From Octopus bimaculoides (Eukaryota), in the NCBI RefSeq assembly GCF_001194135.2, contig NC_068999.1, positions 47,540,881-47,604,880 of the forward strand: DNA of 64,000 nt, read 5' to 3'. The notes under the pieces were generated by a model. That model saw only the letters and a program-made list of their open reading frames with translations, searched no databases and was not told where the DNA came from. Position 1 is the first letter of the stretch, and each line of letters starts with the position of its first letter. Made by a program: the position numbers and the translations under genes. Below, in pieces: positions 48,143 through 60,615 of the stretch.

Positions 48143-50670
48143 TTGGAACAATAGCAACACTACTCCTATGTCTTTTGATTTCTATTTTTGCGTCTGACAA
48201 ATCTTGTAATCGACAAAAAAGCACTTCCTATTAATTATTTTAATTGTCCTTGTTTTAAATTAATTAAAAATTGTTTCAGTTGATTGTTATATAAAATGGT
48301 TAATGAATTGAAGTTATTGTATAAGTAGTTGCACCCTCAATAACATCAGTGTAGGAAGCAGCAGCAATAGCGAAATAAATGTAGGTGTTTATTGATAAAT
48401 CTATGCATGTCCACCTATTTAGACAGTAGCATTCAATGATTAAAATTGTTATTTTAATGTATTAATTAGTTTGCATTGGTTTTTTTTCCTGACAAATGTT
48501 TAACCTTATTTCCATCATTTACATTGAACGGATATGTGTCTTCATCTTGTTTGTTGCCTCATCAGACTCAGTTGGATTTTACTGTCTTGAAATCTTGTCC
48601 CTTTCAAGAGGGATTTGGTTTTTGCATCATTAGCTGTAGACTCTCAATTTGTCACCTGTTATGACCGCTTTCAAAAAAACTTTGCATCTTCCTTGACACA
48701 GTCAAGATCCTGCACAGCTGAAACTCAATCATTTTGAGACAACCACAAAACATCTCACTTAGAGTTCATGTGCGACAATGTTCAAGGTCAATCAGTGCCA
48801 AGTGGCTTCACTGTTTACTTCAGCTCTGTTACCATAGCAACAGTCCCAATACATTTTGATCAAACCTTGTTAGCTGTTTTATCAAAGATGGTTTACTCTA
48901 AGAAAATTATGCTGTTCTGGCGGTGGGAAAACTTATGGCTTTGTATTGTGAAGAGACATACTAAATACAGTTGCAGCTGCTTGTTTGGCCACTTTGAATA
49001 GGTTAAAGAAGTCAAGCAATTACAACTGAGGTTTTTTTGAAAACTAATTGAGTACCTGGACCTCACACACAAAGAAGCAGTAATAGACGAGATGGAAGTT
49101 TTCATTAATCACTTTATTTATCAAAGAAAATTACCAACAACGAAAGAAAAATAGGAAAAAAATAGGAATTTATGAAAAAAAAAAAAAAAACATATTTACA
49201 ATGGTGTTGGTGTTATTTTTCCTGAATATACAGAAAATTATAAAATATTAACTAATGAATGTGGTCCCTTTTTGAGATGAAATGAAACTAAAATCTCATC
49301 TTCAGACGATGTGATAAATATTGACACTGGACAGAGTCAGCTGTTAATTACAAATGACTTACGACAATTTAAAATTTGAAGCAAAACTTATTAACGAAGT
49401 GTATTACTGATTTTATCATTACACCTAAAACCGAAAAGGTCAAAATAAAATATCCACAGATTTGTTGCAGTTTCAGATAATCTTTGTTCTTAAAGATTAT
49501 TTTCTTTTGCAGTTTCTCATTGGTATTCAGACATAAAAACAATCTTGTGATTTTAGAGATGATCTATCAACATTTATAGAAAATATAAAGCATTTTTATA
49601 TTTGAGGAACTTTTTGAAAATTCTGTTACTGTATTTCACATTTTAAAAGAACTACTACAAATCCAGTAAGTTTTTAATTAATATCCATAATGAAGGGGTT
49701 CAGATGCATTTAAATGACTCAATATCTGCTAATTAGAAATTGTTTTTGTCAAACCAATTCAAAAAATTTAATAGGTTCTGCTTTGGTTTTCAATAAGATT
49801 CTGTATGTTAAGTTTTAAGTTCTACAAATTCTTTGAAATAAAAAAAATAATAAATAAATAAAACGATAAAGCAACCAGCTTTAGGAAGGAGAATGATGGC
49901 TGCATCAGGAGTAAGACTGCTCAAAGACCCCAGGAGGGAATTAAAAATCCTCGCCGTTACTACTGTTGCATTTTTGCTTCATTTCTGAAAAACAAACAAC
50001 AGGAAGTTATGGTGATAGGTTGAAATATTTCATTAAAAGAAAAATACAAGACTGAAGAATGCATCTGAATTACAATTAAATTTTAGGAATTTTGTCAAAG
50101 AAATTTTTTAAATTGGGATTCAGATTATTGGAATTTAGAGAAAAAGTCAAATTTTGAAGACAATATTTTCCCCAATTCTATTAGAATTTTCAAAAGTTAA
50201 CTACAGATTCCATAATATTTTTGTTTGTGGAACTCAAATGAATCAAACAAACTTTAGGCACCTCTTAAAAATTTAAATATAAAAACAGAAAAAAATTTTT
50301 AATGAAAACTAGAATTTTGTTCTAATTACAAACTTAGTTTGGTATGACAAACCTAAATGATTCAATGCAGAGTTGACACTGACTGATAAAATGTCACTTG
50401 GTCAAACATACAATGCAGTCCATTTAGTTTCGTTAGTTTTGAAAGTTCATTAGAGGTTTAAAACCTGTCTAAATGTCTCACTTCTCTGCAGCATGTCATC
50501 ACTGAGTACAAAATGTCTGCTTCATGACGATGATGAACAAGTAGCTCAGTTGTTGCACACAAGTTTCAATGAGTTAACGAGGACCATTGAATGGGAGAGT
50601 AGTAACATGTAGTTTGAGACTTGCTCTAAGTCAAGCTGTCTTTCCTCTATGGTGATTATAACATTGATGC

Positions 50671-50746
50671 CTAACTCTGACGAGCTTGCTGGGAAGGCTG
50701 CAAGGACTGAGTGTTTTCCTGCCCATTTGGACCTTGTAATGCAGGC
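50671..50746 (-). CDS. CCNC: CCNC exon 11: PALQGPNGQENTQSLQPSQQARQS*
   Basis: ctctctcag acceptor, TAG at 50673-50671; QGPNG resembles the vertebrate cyclin C tail. Confidence 0.85.
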
Positions 50747-51099
50747 CTGAGAGAGATTAAAAAGAACAAGGATCTTAATCAATAAACAAATTGTTGCTCT
50801 TTTCTAGAAAATATCTCACTCTTACCCAACATTTTTTCACAACTTTATCTTAAATAACACCCAACTCCACAATTATTCTCCTCCTATTTCTTCAGCCACT
50901 CCAGTTTTACAAAATAAATTAACTTTCAAACAGCATTAACAAGAAAAAAAAGAAAAAGAAAAGAAAACCGGAAAACATTGAAGGAACACCACTCCAGGAT
51001 TTCGATTTATTATCAAATATGAAAATCTGAGTATATTCTTCAACATAGCAAAAGTAGAGATCTTCTTAGCATTAATAATTTTGAAATGTAATAAGTAAT

Positions 51100-51310
51100 A
51101 ATGATTCCAAATTTTGGAACAAAACCAGCAACTTCGGCAAAGGCAGTAAGTTGATTACATCAGCCTCAGTGCGCAACTGGTACTTATTTCGTTAACCCTG
51201 AAAGAATGAAAGGCAAAGTTGACCTTGAGAGAATTTGAACCCAGAATGTAAAGACAGACGAAATGCCACTAAGCATTTTGCCCAGCATGCTAACAGTTCT
51301 GCCAGCCAAT
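51100..51310 (-). mobile_element. SINE family A (further copies at ~53490-53650 -, 54460-54590 -, 59720-59910 +, 61270-61420 +)
   Basis: caactggtacttatttcgttaaccctgaaagaatgaaaggcaaagttgacc. Confidence 0.82.
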
Positions 51311-52354
51311 GACACTAAATTGTTTTATTGTTTGTTCTTTTGTGAACCATGCCTGGCTCATAAGGACCGGTTTCCCGGTTTCATTGGCATATAGGTTCCC
51401 CACCTGGACAGGTGAGCTGCTAGATGCAAGAGGAAAGAGTGAGAGAAAGAGTCGGCAGAAGTGGAGTTTTGTATGGACATCTTTAATTTTCATGCACAAC
51501 TTACTGTGAGATTGAGGGAGGCTTAGTGAAAACCATTCAAATTAATAAAAATGAAAAATTCTGAATTTTTAGAAAATTACAAAAAAAAAAAAAACTTTCA
51601 CTCACATGAAAAAAGCAAAATTAAGTCTGAGAATGATTTAGAAATAAACCAAAATAAACCAAAATGAGGACAAAATCTACAAATTCAACAAAAGTTGGAT
51701 TCAGTAGTTGTAAAATTGCACTCTTAAATGAAAATAATTTTATACTGGAATAAAATTGAGTGAGAATAACAATGTCTATTTTGTTTAGATTAAAAGATTA
51801 TTGTGAGAAATATGCCAGATTAAATATCAGTGAAAGATTTAAAGAATACAAATGGAAAACTTGAGTTTGCAATTCCTTGATACCCAACAGAATAAATGAT
51901 ATAATTGAGGACCAATTAATCAGATGCAAACACAAATGATTTACTATATTTTCTGTCATACAAGTCAGCACAGTAAATAGTATAAACATTCAAGTATCAT
52001 TATTATCTTTACAAATTATCTTTACATTATTATCTTTACAAATCTTGTTGCATTTCACATGGAACATTTAGCCCTGCAAAGTTGTCTTGGTGTATAAGTT
52101 GACCTACCATATTTCGGTTGCGAATTTTGTTCTTAAAAATTCAACTTGTATGCTAGAAAATATGGTAAAAGAGGCAAGTACCCAGATATGTTTACATCCA
52201 CATTTAGAAATATAAACATGTACTCTATACAGAGTAGAAATATGGAAAATAATATAGACGAGCTATAAGGATATGAAAATTTGACCATAATATTTATATG
52301 AATAAATATATCAATGATTTTTAAAAAATAAATGAGACTGAAAACATCTCTTAC

Positions 52355-52473
52355 CTGGTTGGACTGGTCTTAGGTTTTGGCATTTTCACAAGAACTGCAA
52401 TAATTTCCTTTTTTTCTTCATAATTTTTCCACAGTTCATAAAACGCTAAAATTTGTTTTGTAATTTCAAGAAC
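52355..52473 (-). CDS. CCNC: CCNC exon 10: VLEITKQILAFYELWKNYEEKKEIIAVLVKMPKPKTSPT(R)
   Basis: tcatcag/gtaaga, 119 nt. Confidence 0.97.
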
Positions 52474-52593
52474 CTGATGAGAGAGGGGGAGGAAAAAAGA
52501 AAAAGTAAAAAAAAAAAAAAAAGAAACGAAATTATTTCTGAAGGTGTTGATTTAAATATTTATAAATTTGTATAGCTTCCAAAAAATACTTAC

Positions 52594-52673
52594 TTTATCC
52601 ATATCAACTGAAAGTTCTGCAAACCACTGTCGTCCATCTTTGTCTTGAATTACACATGCTATATGCAAACAAG
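52594..52673 (-). CDS. CCNC: CCNC exon 9: (A)CLHIACVIQDKDGRQWFAELSVDMDK
   Basis: tttcgaag (AAG) acceptor, gtaagt donor, 80 nt. Confidence 0.97.
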
Positions 52674-52799
52674 CTTCGAAAAAACAATGAGACATTAAAA
52701 GGTTCATAATCTCAAAATGTAGAAGAATTTCAAAACATAAATAGAAAAGCATAAAATTTGAAATCATTAATGATTATGAATATTACAAAAGTGTACTTC

Positions 52800-53265
52800 C
52801 ATAGCAAGTGTTTTGATCTGAGATTGTGTTGAAACTAAAATGACTGCACCACAGGAGACACAAGTTAGCCATTCAGAAACTCACAAAGACAATTAACTTC
52901 ACTTAAACATCTGTCAGGGACCAGGTCACAAAGATTGGGGAAAGTCACAGCTGCCTTCATGATGCTCAGAGACCTTGTTCTCTATCAACAAGGTGTTTGG
53001 AGTAGATGTCTCCAGAACATCCTTTGAGTGAGACGGCAATACAGACCCAAAAGCAAAAGCAGTAACCTATCGAAACCAAAATCAAGAGGATGAAATGGGG
53101 TTGGCTGGGACACACCTAATGGAAAGTGGTTTCCAACACTACAAGGCAAACCCTATGATGAACATTCCATGAGAAATGGAAGTGAGACAGACCAAAAACA
53201 ACATGGAAATGCCAAAGAACGAATGAGACAAATGGAGAAGTCTTGTTGATGCCCTATGTAGGGTC
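52800..53265 (+). mobile_element. RTE-clade LINE C-terminal relic
   Basis: IKRMKWGWLGH and WRSLVDALC motifs with frameshifts. Confidence 0.65.
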
Positions 53266-53719
53266 AAAGCAATTAACACACAATGGAAATGGTATTAGCC
53301 TCCTGAACAGAAGATTATAGTTCAAGTCCCACCACAATCACTGTTGTTGTTGTCCCAGGTTAAACCTGAATGAGCAGACTTAGGATCAAAAGTGTCCTGT
53401 CCATAACTATCCTATACAATTTTCAGGTTTCTAGGAGGTCCAGTGATTATGTAGAGGTTGGTGGTATTCCAGTATGACCACACTCCGTGACTGCCAGAGG
53501 CAAGTTGATTAAATCAACCCCAGTGCTCAACTGGTACTTATTTTATTGACACCCTTGAAAGGATAAAACACAGTCAACCCCAGCAGAATTTGAACTCAGA
53601 ATGTAAAAGAATGCTGCTGGTCTAAGGTGCTAACGCTTCGGCCAGCTCACTGCCTTCCCAACAATCATACAAAATTCTTTAAACTATATCTCTCTGAGAG
53701 TAATTTCCTTCTTTTTATC

Positions 53720-54090
53720 TTTTACATGTCTCAGTTATTAAACTGTGGCCATGCTGGGGCAAAGCCTTGGAGAATTTTTAGTCAAACGAACCAGCCCCAG
53801 TACTCATTTTTTAAAGCTTGGTACTTAGTCTATCAGTTACTTTTGCCAAACCACTAAGTTACAGGGATGTAAACAAACCAACACTAGTTGTCAAGTGGTA
53901 GTGAGGGACAAACATAGACATACACACATATATACGACAGGCTTCTTCCAGTTTCTATCCACCAAATCCACTCACAAGGCTTTGGCCAGACCAAGGTTAT
54001 AGTAGACACTTGCACAAAGTGTCACACAGTGGTATTGAACTTGGAACCATGCGGTTAGGAAGTAAGCTTCTTACTACACACAGCCACGCC
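53720..54090 (-). mobile_element. SINE family B, full length
   Basis: tgtggccatgctggggc...ccactcacaaggctttgg...gcttcttactacacacagccacgcc. Confidence 0.8.
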
Positions 54091-54289
54091 CAACATACAC
54101 AGTAGAATTTTGTGTTTACAAATATTTGTTGATAGGAATGAGAGAAATATCCTTTAAGAAACATATTTACGAAATAAAGGAAGATTACTAACAGATTGTT
54201 ATAACAAGGAATTTCTTCTATAGCAGACTTACAATGGAAATGAAGATATTGGCAGTAATAAGACTCTACAGAAATAAAAGGATACTTAC

Positions 54290-54357
54290 CTAGGGCTATA
54301 AGATATGGTGGGTACATGAGACAGACGTCAGTTCTAAGACTATCATTAACTATTCTC
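54290..54357 (-). CDS. CCNC: CCNC exon 8: RIVNDSLRTDVCLMYPPYLIAL
   Basis: attatag/gtaagt, 68 nt. Confidence 0.98.
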
Positions 54358-54652
54358 CTATAATGACAGTTAATGAATAAAATAATAATAACAGTTAAAA
54401 CAGCAGAAGTTCATTGACAATAAAACATTTATTTACATGATAAATACTGCTACAATAATTCTTTCCACAATAGGTACAAGGCCTGAAATGTGGGGAAGGG
54501 GGTTAGTTGATTTCATTGACCCCAGTACTCAACTGGTACTTATTTTATCAACTTCGAAAGGATGAAAGACAAAGTCAATCTCTGGTGTATAAGCTGACCG
54601 ACTTTTTTTTTGGTTGTAAATTTTGGTTTGAAAAATTTAACTCATATACCTG

Positions 54653-54930
54653 AAAGGCACATGGCTAAGTGATTAGGGTATTCGGCTCACAACCACAAGG
54701 TTGCGAGTTCAATACCTGGCAGCACATTGTCTCCTTGAGCAAAAGACACTTTATTTCATGTTGCTCCAGTCCACTCAGCTGGTAAAAACGAGCTGTACCT
54801 GTTTTTCAAAGGGCCAACCATGTCACATTCTGTGTATGCATGTCTGTGGAGCACTCAGCCACTTGCATGTTAATTCCACGAGCAGGCTGGACATCAACTG
54901 AAACTCTTGTCATCATAATCAACAAGAGTG
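54653..54930 (+). mobile_element. SINE family C, apparently inside a Tc1/pogo-like MITE end
   Basis: Head tgaaaggcacatggctaagtgattaggg; flanks rejoin to resemble 52085-52166 (tggtgtataag...gaaaatatggta). Confidence 0.65.
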
Positions 54931-55509
54931 CCAGTTATGCTGGAAAATACAGTAAACATCAATTGAAAGAACACCTGTAATACATAAGAGCTAAATGTGT
55001 GTCTTCATGTTTCAACACAGACTTATAATAGAAATGAATATAATAGGGAAATAGCCTCATCTAAAAACTTTTGTTTAATCTTTTTTTAAAATTTTATTTG
55101 TCCCATCCACTTGTTGATAATTTCTGTCAAAGTAATTGCTTTTCCAGTTGGGTGACCTTCCTACTTGCTAACCTACTTAACCATCAAAAAGACAGTGCAA
55201 ACCTGTCTTAATGTCAGTCAAGCTATCTAGAACAGAGTCAAGCCGCAATGATTCTAGTTGTCAACTTTGAAAGTATAAGCATGTGCTCAGTAATCCAGCA
55301 TTCTAAACTGACAACCAGTCACTGTTATATTCAATAGAAAGTTAGCCTTTTCATTTTCAAAATGACTAACTTGTTATTGAATAGAAAAAAATATTTTAAG
55401 GCAACCCCGCCCCCAAAATACCCATTCAGCTTTTAACTCTTACATCCTACTTTAAACAACTACTTACTCCACCAATATCACCATATTTAAATAATATAAT
55501 ATATACCAT

Positions 55510-55740
55510 GGATAGAAGACACATGGTTTAGTGGTTAGGGTGTTGGACTCATGATCATAAGATTGTAGTTTCGATTTTTGGACTGGACAGTGTGTTGTGT
55601 TCTTGAGCAAAACACTTCGTTTTATATTGCTCCAGTCCATTCAGCTGGCAAAAATGAGTAATTCTCCAACGGATTGGTGTCCCGTCCAGAAAAGAATATA
55701 GATATCCCAAGGAAACCAGGAAACTGACCCTATGCCCATT
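55510..55740 (+). mobile_element. SINE family C
   Basis: tggtttagtggttagggtgttggactcatgatc...cttgagcaaaacacttc. Confidence 0.82.
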
Positions 55741-56306
55741 ACAGAGTGATGTAGACTTGCCATATACAATAGATCGATTCTTTCTCAAAATGTTAACAGT
55801 ATGTCTTGCCACCAAAGACTTTATATTTACTTTCCCCATACTAGTACAGCATGAACAAGAGACAACTTTCTTCATGCTCCAGTTTTTACAGTGTGAGCTC
55901 AAATGCTATCACAACTGGTGATCCCTACCCCAACCTTGTACAAAGATGTAAAAAAAAAATATATATATATATATATATATTAATAGTTTAATTAAGTTTA
56001 AGTTTTATTTGTGAAATACAGTTGTTTTGAATTTGCTGTAGAAAGTGGTCTACATTTGTGGTGGGGAGTGGGGTGCTAGGAATGTGGCCTGAATGCCAAG
56101 TAGGCAGCAGCCTGAAAGAGTTTGGGAACTACAGGTTTGAATGATAAAAGTTTAAAATGTTTCTTGACTGAAATTCGTTATTTTTACATGTTATCTCTCA
56201 AGAAAGGATTGTACATTCATCACACACTGACATTGAATCCTACTGAATGTGTACAAAAGATGTTTATTATAAGAGAAACCAAACGCAAGAAATAGTGAAG
56301 CCTTAC

Positions 56307-56398
56307 CATGCTACAGGTAGTAGGTTGTCATCTTGTCCAAGGTCAGCACAATATTGTATGAGAGGTCGATACGGATGATAAAGAACCAAACAGCAATC
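56307..56398 (-). CDS. CCNC: CCNC exon 7: DCCLVLYHPYRPLIQYCADLGQDDNLLPVA(W)
   Basis: atcctag/gtaagg, 92 nt. Confidence 0.98.
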
Positions 56399-57493
56399 CT
56401 AGGATAAAATAAACATACATATATGTGCATGTGTGTGTATGTATGGTTTTATATGCGTATCCCCCTCTCATTCTTTGGGAGAGAGGCACAAGCACATACA
56501 CAGACATATACACACACGGCAGTAACTTCCACCTACCAAATTCAATCACAAAGTTTCAGTCGGCTCGGGGCTATAGCAGAAGACACTTGCTCAAGGTGCC
56601 ACGCGGTGGGACTGAACTCGAAACCATGTAGCTGGGAAGCAAGCTTCCTAACCACACAGCCATGCCCTGTGTGTATGCATGTATACCGTAAAAACCCATG
56701 TAATTTACGCACTTCTTTCACAAAAATAAACTTTAGGGGGTTGCATAAATTACATGAGTAGATCGTTTCCAGAATTTTTTTTTTGAAATTTTTTTGTTGA
56801 AATAAGACATACAAGACATAAAAATTCATACCAGAAGTTGGCTCATTTAATGTCAGAATAGGTTTTTACAGAAAAAATAGGTTTGACAGGGACTGGCCAG
56901 CTGGAGAGCCAACTGGGTTCTATTCTGCCTGTTTTGGCATGGTTTCTATGGCTGGATGCCCTTCCTAATGCCAACCACTTTGCAGAGTGTGCTGGGTGTT
57001 TCTTATGTGGCACCAGCACAAGTGGTTCAGGCATAAGCGCTTTTTATGTGGCACCAGCACGAATGTATATAGAAGTACAGTAGAGGACATTTACTTGTGG
57101 TGCTACACAGTGGGACTGAACCTGAAACTACATGGTCGGCAAGCAAACTTCTTAACCTGCACAACCATATACACAATTTTTAAACTGTGCAACCAGCTAA
57201 ACAGAAAACTCTAGCAACATCAGTCACTGACAAAACACTACGTCATGGCTGCAAGATGAGGCTGGCATGCAGTTACCAGACACCTGCCAGTGAGGAAGTC
57301 CAGTAGATTAAAATCACATGATCTGGCAGTTCCAGTGCCCATAACAGACGACTCTCGTCTGCTATGATATATATCTATGGTTTAATGCACCCTGTAAACC
57401 ATATGGGGAATCTTAAGGCTAATACCAGAGTATTACAAGACACACACGTTTAAGATGGATATAAAGATGTGAAAATAAAATAATTTTACTCAC

Positions 57494-57585
57494 CATCATT
57501 TCTAATAAATAAAACTCACACTCTAAAACACTATTTATACGATAAGGATATTCTTGGGTATAAGCATGAGAGAACTTGGTTTTCA
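57494..57585 (-). CDS. CCNC: CCNC exon 6: (V)KTKFSHAYTQEYPYRINSVLECEFYLLEMM
   Basis: atttcag/gtgagt, 92 nt. Confidence 0.97.
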
Positions 57586-58246
57586 CTGAAATAAACAATT
57601 AAATAAATTGGCAAAATTTTTTTTTAAATATTTGATAATGATTAAAAACGTGAAGTTTGATCAACGGCCAGGCTGTATTTCAACTATTGAGCCCCCCACA
57701 AAACTGTTGACTACTAGCATCTCACAACATTGCACTTCTAAACAATATCCCATGCACTCTCCATATTCAACAGCCTCTCATAATAGCCTTTCCATAACGC
57801 ACTTTCTTGCCTTCCATTTCAATGGAAAGTATACCCCCATCAATTTGAATACACTTCTCACCAATGACATCTTGGTTTTTTTTCTCAAATACTGTCTCAA
57901 TCAAAGAAATATTTTAACTATTTTCTTGCTTTTGAAAATACAATTTTCAATACCAACGCATCTAAAAGCATCTCTGGCTCCATGATACATAGCTGTAGGT
58001 TTAAAACAATATTTACATTAAAAGCCAGCTTTAATTTTATAAAAGAACCTTTTGATATGTTCTAAGAATCAGCTGAATAAAGAAAAGTTATTTAACTAAA
58101 TCCCACAAAATTCTTGATATGTTTTCAAAATTAATTAAAACATTTAAAGTATTTCATTAAAAATGTGATCTCAACATAGTTAAAACATATTTGAAACAAC
58201 TCTTATCTGTTGAATAAGTAATTTGCAATGGTTTCTCTATACTTAC

Positions 58247-58298
58247 CAACATTTTGACAAGTAGTCATTAGCTTGTTATTTGATATTACTCCAAATTC
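58247..58298 (-). CDS. CCNC: CCNC exon 5: EFGVISNNKLMTTCQNV
   Basis: ttattag/gtaagt, 52 nt. Confidence 0.97.
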
Positions 58299-58419
58299 CT
58301 AATAATTGGAGGAAGAAGAAGAAAAAAACAGAATTTAGCAAAGATATTTTATAATTATCAAAACAAAACAGTTTCCTAAATTTCAACATTTCTTTGTTTT
58401 ATTTTCCTTTGTTTTTTTC

Positions 58420-58987
58420 TGGACCGGTATCAGTTGAAGGGATCACACTAGGAGACTCCTATTTCATCACACCATCTTCTGATCAATTTTTAAGTTTGTT
58501 TAAAAGTCTTTTGGATCTGATTAAACGGTTTTCTTTTGTCTTTTCTAACATGAATTAACCTCTCCTCATCACGTAAGATTTGTATATGATGTCTTCATGC
58601 ACAACATTTCTGATTGTTTTTTTCTGACACACAAAATATTTTTGCAATTGACCTCATTGATTTTCCTGGATTGTTTTCAATGTTTTGCTTAACTTCCTGA
58701 ATAAATTCAGGTGTCCTGATAAAATCAGAGCATTTGGAATGTTTTCTATGTTTTGATACAGGTAATACACTTCCATCTGCTTTCTCTAACTTACACCGAA
58801 TCTTGTAACTTTCAGAAAACAAGAAATTTCTAAATCCCCATGCTTAGCCTCCAAAGCCACAATCGCAGCATGGCTTTTCATTTCATTACTAAGCAGAGGG
58901 CCTGTCACTGGTATTTTCTGAAATAGAAGTTCAATAAAAATAATGACTAAAAATGCATGTGTCCTCAAATACTGTCTGCACCCTGTA
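58420..58987 (-). mobile_element. Tc1/mariner (maT/DD37D-like) transposase 5' relic
   Basis: RTPEFIQEVKQNIENNPGKSMRSIAK...VHEDIIYKSYVMRRG...NRLIRSKRLLNKLK with frameshifts; TA-CAGGGTG terminus at 58987-58979. Confidence 0.75.
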
Positions 58988-59170
58988 GTATCACTAAAAC
59001 CAACTGCACCTCTTTTCTCCACCAATGATCACCAAAGCTAATTTTCCTTTCTCAAATGGTGTCTGATATTTTAGTAAGTTTATTGCAAAATTATTTTTCT
59101 TTGATAGAGTATACTTCCTAGGTCACATTCCAAATGAGAAATTAATGGAATAATTGACAAGGTCACTCAC

Positions 59171-59240
59171 CTCAACTTTGGAAGCTAAAAAAATACATGT
59201 TGGAGCCATTAACCATGGATCAATAGACCGGAGGGAATTC
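59171..59240 (-). CDS. CCNC: CCNC exon 4: NSLRSIDPWLMAPTCIFLASKVE
   Basis: tttccag/gtgagt, 70 nt. Confidence 0.98.
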
Positions 59241-60091
59241 CTGGAAATAAAAATAGTAAAAGACACAACTGAAAATTGTCCTAAATGTCTATGGAATCTA
59301 TTCTAGTAATCTAGGAAAGCTGATTAAATCTGATTTATTTTTTCAGAAAAATATTCAGAAATGTTCCTTGTTTTGCTATGCTGCTCACCAAATATATCTA
59401 TTCTTCAGACAATTTTTCTTCTATTTAATGAAATATTTAAAACAGAACTTAATTCTTTACTTTATTGAAGTGACAATTTTTATTCCTGATTTCACAATAT
59501 AACAATTGTCAATCTAGAACCATTATCTTGCAATGCTCCAATCATTCATACATCTTATCTTCTGCCTCTTGCTTACCATTGTTGACTCTCAGGAATGAAC
59601 ATTATTAGGTCAGTATTTCATTTTAATATAATATCAACATACTGGCTTTTCCTCCCAATTGTAGTGCCACATAAAAAGCACTCAGTACACTCTGTAAAGT
59701 GGCTGGAATTAGAAAAGGGATCCAAAGGTGGAAAGCTGGCAGAATCATTAGCACGCTGGATGAAATGCTTAGCGGTATTTCGTCTGCTGCTACGTTCTGG
59801 GTTCAAATTCCGCCAAGGTTGATATAGCTTTCATCCTTTGGGGTTGATGTAATTGACTTAATCTCTCCCACCAAATTTCAGGCCTTGTGCCTATAGTAGA
59901 AAGGATTAGGAAAGCTGTAGAAACCTTGCCAAAACAGACAAGTGGAACCTGGTGCAGCTCTCTGGTTTGCCAGCTCCTGTCAAATCATCCAACCCATGCC
60001 AATATGTCAATAAAATTTGTATGCAGCTACAAAAAATGATTTTGTGAATTTTTCAAAAACGTCCATCCTATCTGTCCCACCCTGTACTTAA

Positions 60092-60221
60092 CTCTTTAGC
60101 ATTTAAACCGGCCACATCCAGCCAAAATACTCTACCTGCTTTATATTCAAACTGGCCCCCCTCACAGCTACTTTACAATGTCGTTTTAAAAATAAATTAT
60201 TTTGCAGCTTCAAGAGTTTAC

Positions 60222-60261
<40 letters not shown>

Positions 60262-60472
60262 GTTTAACGTCCGCTTTCCATGCTAGCATGGGTTGGACGA
60301 TTTGACTGAGGACTGGTGAAACCGGATGGCAACACCAGGCTCCAATCTAAATTTGGCAGAGTTTCTACAGCTGGATGCCCTTCCTAATGCCAATGTGGTA
60401 GTTTATGATTAATTCCAAGCAATGTGAATAAATAAGCATTACATTTGACAGAATAATCAAAATGCTAAAGAG
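60092..60472. mobile_element. piggyBac-like MITE carrying a nested family D retroposon (~60223-60393)
   Basis: Perfect 12-bp TIR CTCTTTAGCATT / AATGCTAAAGAG; flanks TTAA / TGAA. Confidence 0.8.
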
Positions 60473-60530
60473 TGAAGTCTAAACACAGAAAAGAAGTTAT
60501 GCCATAAAAATATGAGAGTGGAAACCTTAC

Positions 60531-60615
60531 CTCGCATAAAATCTCTTGAAATACACAGTCGCTGAAGCTATCACTTGTTGGCGCATCTTCAGTTGTTCTC
60601 CTAACGCTTGGATAA
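60531..60615 (-). CDS. CCNC: CCNC exon 3: IQALGEQLKMRQQVIASATVYFKRFYA(R)
   Basis: attttag/gtaagg, 85 nt; cyclin box. Confidence 0.98.

Noticed and set aside
52552-52767. 71-aa ORF appearing to extend the CCNC exon
   Set aside because: Only 52594-52673 is exonic; the rest is intron read-through
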